DNA of 64,000 nt from Solirubrobacterales bacterium (lineage in GTDB: Bacteria; Actinomycetota; Thermoleophilia; Solirubrobacterales; 70-9), in the NCBI GenBank assembly GCA_036376915.1, contig DASUZK010000059.1:43249-107248 (forward strand), in the 5' to 3' direction. The position numbers were made by a program, and so were the translations under genes. A model generated the notes under the pieces. It searched no databases. It was given only the letters and a program-made list of their open reading frames with translations, and was not told the origin of the DNA. The stretch's first letter is position 1. Each line of letters begins with the position of its first letter. This document shows, one piece after another, positions 61,364 to 64,000 of this stretch.

Positions 61364-62722
61364 GTGCTCGACGTAGAGACTCGCGAGCGCACCGCCGGGC
61401 CCGAGCGCGAGCGGATTCTCGCCGCCTTGGTCGAGATCGCCGCCGAGCGCGGCTATGCCGAGACCACGGTCGAGACGATCCTCGAGAGCGCCGGCCTGGA
61501 CCGACCCGCCTTCGACCGCCATTTCCGCAGCAAGTACGACTGCTTCCTCACCGCCTGGCAGGAGATGAACGAGACCTGCATGCAGACGATGCTGGCGGCC
61601 TACAACAGCCACGAGCGGTGGCCCGACAAGCTGCGCGCGGTCGCCTGCGAGGTGGTCGAATCGCTGCGCGGCAACCCCACCCGCGCCACCTTCTCGGTCG
61701 AGGTGCTGGCGGCCGGCGACGCCGCCCGCGCCCGGCGCGACATGACGATGCGGGTGATCGCCTCCCTGATCGACGCCGGCCGCAACGAGATGGAGGACCC
61801 CGAGTCCGTTCCCCACACGACCGCGGAGGCGCTGGCTGGTTCGGCCTACGGCCAGGTCTATTCGAGGATCGTGCAGGGCCGCGGCGACGAGCTGCCCGCC
61901 CTGGTGCCGCAGTTGATGTCGGCCGCCGTGATGCCCTATCTGGGTCTGGAGGCCGCGATGGCCGAGCTGGGTAGGGGGTTCGACCCTCCGGCGCGATATC
62001 GTCGGGACGTGGCCAAGCGCACCCCCACGCCAAAGTCCGACCGCGTCACGAGTGCCGAGGGCTACCCGCCCGAGCTCTCGCGCCTGCCGCCGGGGCGGCA
62101 CGGCCTGCCGCGCGAGTTCGTCGTCCACAACCAGCGCGAGCGGCTGGTCGCGGGCCTCGCCGAGGCGATCGCCGAAAACGGCTACTCGGGCACGACGATC
62201 GCCCACATCACCAGGCACGCCGCCGTTTCCCGCCGCACCTTCTACGAGCACTTCTCCAGCAAGGACGAGTGCTTCGTCGCCGCCTACGACACGGTGATGA
62301 AGGAACTGCGCGAACGCGTTTCGGAGGGCTTCGAGGAGGCCGAGGACTGGCCGCACGCCGTGCGCTCCGGGATCGCGGCGATGCTCGCCTTCCTCGCCAC
62401 CGAGCCGCACCTCGCCCGCCTCTGCATGGTCGAGGCGCTGGTCGCCGGGCCGGTTGTGGTCGAGCGCTACGACGCCGCGATCAAAAGCTTCGTCCCCTAC
62501 TTCCAGAGCGGCCGCGAGGGCCGCCCACCCGAGGTTCTCGCCCGCCTCTCGCCGACCACCGAGGAGGCCCTGGTCGGCGGCATGGTCTCGCTGATCTCCC
62601 GCCGCATCATCGCCGGCAAGGCGGAGGAGCTGGAAGAGCTCCTTCCCGACCTGGTCGAGTTCACCCTCACGCCCTACCTCGGCAGTGAGGAAGCGGCCGA
62701 GGTCGCCGCCGAGAAGGACTGA
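61364..62722 (+). CDS. fused tandem double-TetR regulator (452 aa, two complete TetR units)
   Basis: Unit 1: RERILAALVEIAAERGYAETTVETILESAGLDRPAFDRHF ... LVPQLMSAAVMPYLGLEAA. Unit 2: LPPGRHGLPREFVVHNQRERLV...TTIAHITRHAAVSRRTFYEHF ... LLPDLVEFTLTPYLGSEEA. Confidence 0.85.
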   Translation: MLDVETRERTAGPERERILAALVEIAAERGYAETTVETILESAGLDRPAFDRHFRSKYDCFLTAWQEMNETCMQTMLAAYNSHERWPDKLRAVACEVVESLRGNPTRATFSVEVLAAGDAARARRDMTMRVIASLIDAGRNEMEDPESVPHTTAEALAGSAYGQVYSRIVQGRGDELPALVPQLMSAAVMPYLGLEAAMAELGRGFDPPARYRRDVAKRTPTPKSDRVTSAEGYPPELSRLPPGRHGLPREFVVHNQRERLVAGLAEAIAENGYSGTTIAHITRHAAVSRRTFYEHFSSKDECFVAAYDTVMKELRERVSEGFEEAEDWPHAVRSGIAAMLAFLATEPHLARLCMVEALVAGPVVVERYDAAIKSFVPYFQSGREGRPPEVLARLSPTTEEALVGGMVSLISRRIIAGKAEELEELLPDLVEFTLTPYLGSEEAAEVAAEKD

Positions 62723-62815
62723 GCTCGCGCGGGTGCGCTCTGCGCGCGCCAAGATTGTCTCTTCGGTGACGATGCGCGCACTACAGGTGCGGAAGGTCCT
62801 GCGACAATAAGTTCC

Positions 62816-63112
62816 GTGTTCGACCGGCGCCAAACCCTCCGTGAGCTGATTCGCACCCAGCACAGGGAGTTCATGCTCTACCAGGAAAAGCGGGACGAGG
62901 AAAGCCGCAAGCGGGACGAGGAGTTCCGCAGGCGGGGCGAGGAGATGCGGGAGTTCAACCGCGAGATCCTCCTGCGCAACGAGAAGGTCTACACGGCCGT
63001 GATCGCCGAGCTGGAGCAAGGCCGGAAGCAGCTGGAGGAAGGAACCAAGCAGATCCAGGCGAACACGCGAGCGGTCCTGAGCGTGCTCGACCGGCTCGAC
63101 GAAGCCGCTTGA
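62816..63112 (+). CDS. small charged coiled-coil protein, hypothetical
   Basis: 98-aa ORF, E/R/K-rich heptad-like sequence, GTG start, in the lower-GC segment. Coding status uncertain. Confidence 0.4.
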   Translation: MFDRRQTLRELIRTQHREFMLYQEKRDEESRKRDEEFRRRGEEMREFNREILLRNEKVYTAVIAELEQGRKQLEEGTKQIQANTRAVLSVLDRLDEAA

Positions 63113-63224
63113 CTACGTCCCAGCTCTGTGGTTTCCACTGGGATGTTTTTCGACGGCTGGGACAGCGAGGTGGGCGGCGTACCGCATCTCCACTCCGCAG
63201 TTACCTGATAAACGTTCTGAGCTA

Positions 63225-64000
63225 GTGCAGATCGCAAAGATCAGGAAAATTCGCAACTTCCGCTCATTGCGGGAAGTCGGACCACTCGAGCTCGGCGATA
63301 TAACCGTGTTCGTCGGCTCCAACAACTCGGGTAAGTCCTCGATCCTGCAGGCGGTCCTCCTCCTGCAGCAGGGCTTCGCGGCCAATGGGCGACAGGTGCG
63401 CTTGGGTGAATCCGAGGCTGAAATCAGCCTCCGGATGAAGGGACTGCAGGGGTTCTCGGGTTGGGGAACGAATTTGCGGAGCGACGCGGGAATGATCGAG
63501 ATCAAGCTCGGTCTCGAGAGCAACCTGTCGCTTACGGTTGAAACTCCCACCGACGAAACCCGGCTCGTTGACCGTATTCCCGATCGGGAGCCCAACCACC
63601 TGCTCGTTCCCTTCCTGTCGCAACGCCGGCCCGAAACGTTCAACGAAGACGTTCGAGAAGAGAACGCCAACGGCGTTCATCCGGACATGCGGTTTCTTGC
63701 CGCCAAACTAACTCGGGTAGGACAGTCGGCTCATCCCGGCCACGCCGCATACGCCGAAGCATGCAGGCAGATCCTCGGTGTCGTCGTGACTGCCATTCCC
63801 TCCCCGAACGGCCAGATACCGGGTGTCTTCGTCGGGTCGTCGGAAAATATCGCCCTGGCTGACATGGGGGCAGGAGTAACGCAAGTAGTCGGCCTGCTCG
63901 CCGACCTAGCGCTTGCGAGGAACAAGATCTTCGTGATAGAGGAGCCGGAGAACGATCTGCACCCCGCTGCCCTTCGTGCGTTGCTTGACTTGATCGTTGA
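63225..64000 (+). CDS. AAA15/OLD-type ABC-like ATPase, N-terminal 258 codons (runs off the right edge)
   Basis: Own translation: VQIAKIRKIRNFRSLREVGPLELGDITVFVGSNNSGKSSILQAV (Walker A) ... ALADMGAGVTQVVGLLADLALARNKIFVIEEPENDLHP (signature-like + Walker B). Not in the ORF track because it is truncated. Confidence 0.75.
   Translation, partial: MQIAKIRKIRNFRSLREVGPLELGDITVFVGSNNSGKSSILQAVLLLQQGFAANGRQVRLGESEAEISLRMKGLQGFSGWGTNLRSDAGMIEIKLGLESNLSLTVETPTDETRLVDRIPDREPNHLLVPFLSQRRPETFNEDVREENANGVHPDMRFLAAKLTRVGQSAHPGHAAYAEACRQILGVVVTAIPSPNGQIPGVFVGSSENIALADMGAGVTQVVGLLADLALARNKIFVIEEPENDLHPAALRALLDLIV

Noticed and set aside
63113-63670. 185-aa and 138-aa minus-strand ORFs overlapping the right-edge ATPase.
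   Set aside because: The plus-strand frame carries clear Walker A/B motifs and a typical AAA15 N-terminus, while the antisense products have no motifs.

Overview
High-GC (about 68-70% in the lines I counted by hand) origin-proximal chromosome segment of an Actinomycetota-like bacterium. The left third holds the conserved cluster parB-parA-rsmG-jag-yidC-yidD-rnpA-rpmH on the minus strand. It diverges from dnaA-dnaN-recF-DUF721-gyrB-gyrA on the plus strand. gyrA is interrupted by a full-length LAGLIDADG intein at the catalytic tyrosine, and gyrB is the long (E. coli-type insertion) form. Next comes the actinobacterial cell-wall signalling cluster fhaA-fhaB-pstP-rodA-pbpA-pknB, with an extra kinase upstream and a second ddl translationally coupled to pknB. 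The most unusual locus is 35049..39290 (minus strand). A small Trypco1-like ORF sits directly upstream of a 1306-aa protein built as trypsin-like protease + STAND P-loop NTPase + TPR array. This is an Avs/NLR-like conflict-system architecture, and it lies co-directionally upstream of a receptor Ser/Thr kinase and a SecD-periplasmic-domain-like exported protein. The right third holds purM, uppP/dedA, and a roughly 12-kb surface-glycan cluster (CapD-like, Wzy-like, Wzx-like, GT2/GT4, priming transferase, GNAT, FemAB-like). It also holds metF with an internally deleted MFS remnant, and a cluster of five paralogous TetR domains, one gene being a fused double TetR. At the right edge there is a lower-GC segment with a truncated AAA15/OLD-type ATPase. 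Other observations are two related long palindromic intergenic elements, a near-consensus parS, a probable ATC start for fhaA, and a 26-codon bridging mini-ORF. All calls come from reading the sequence and the ORF translations; no database search was run.
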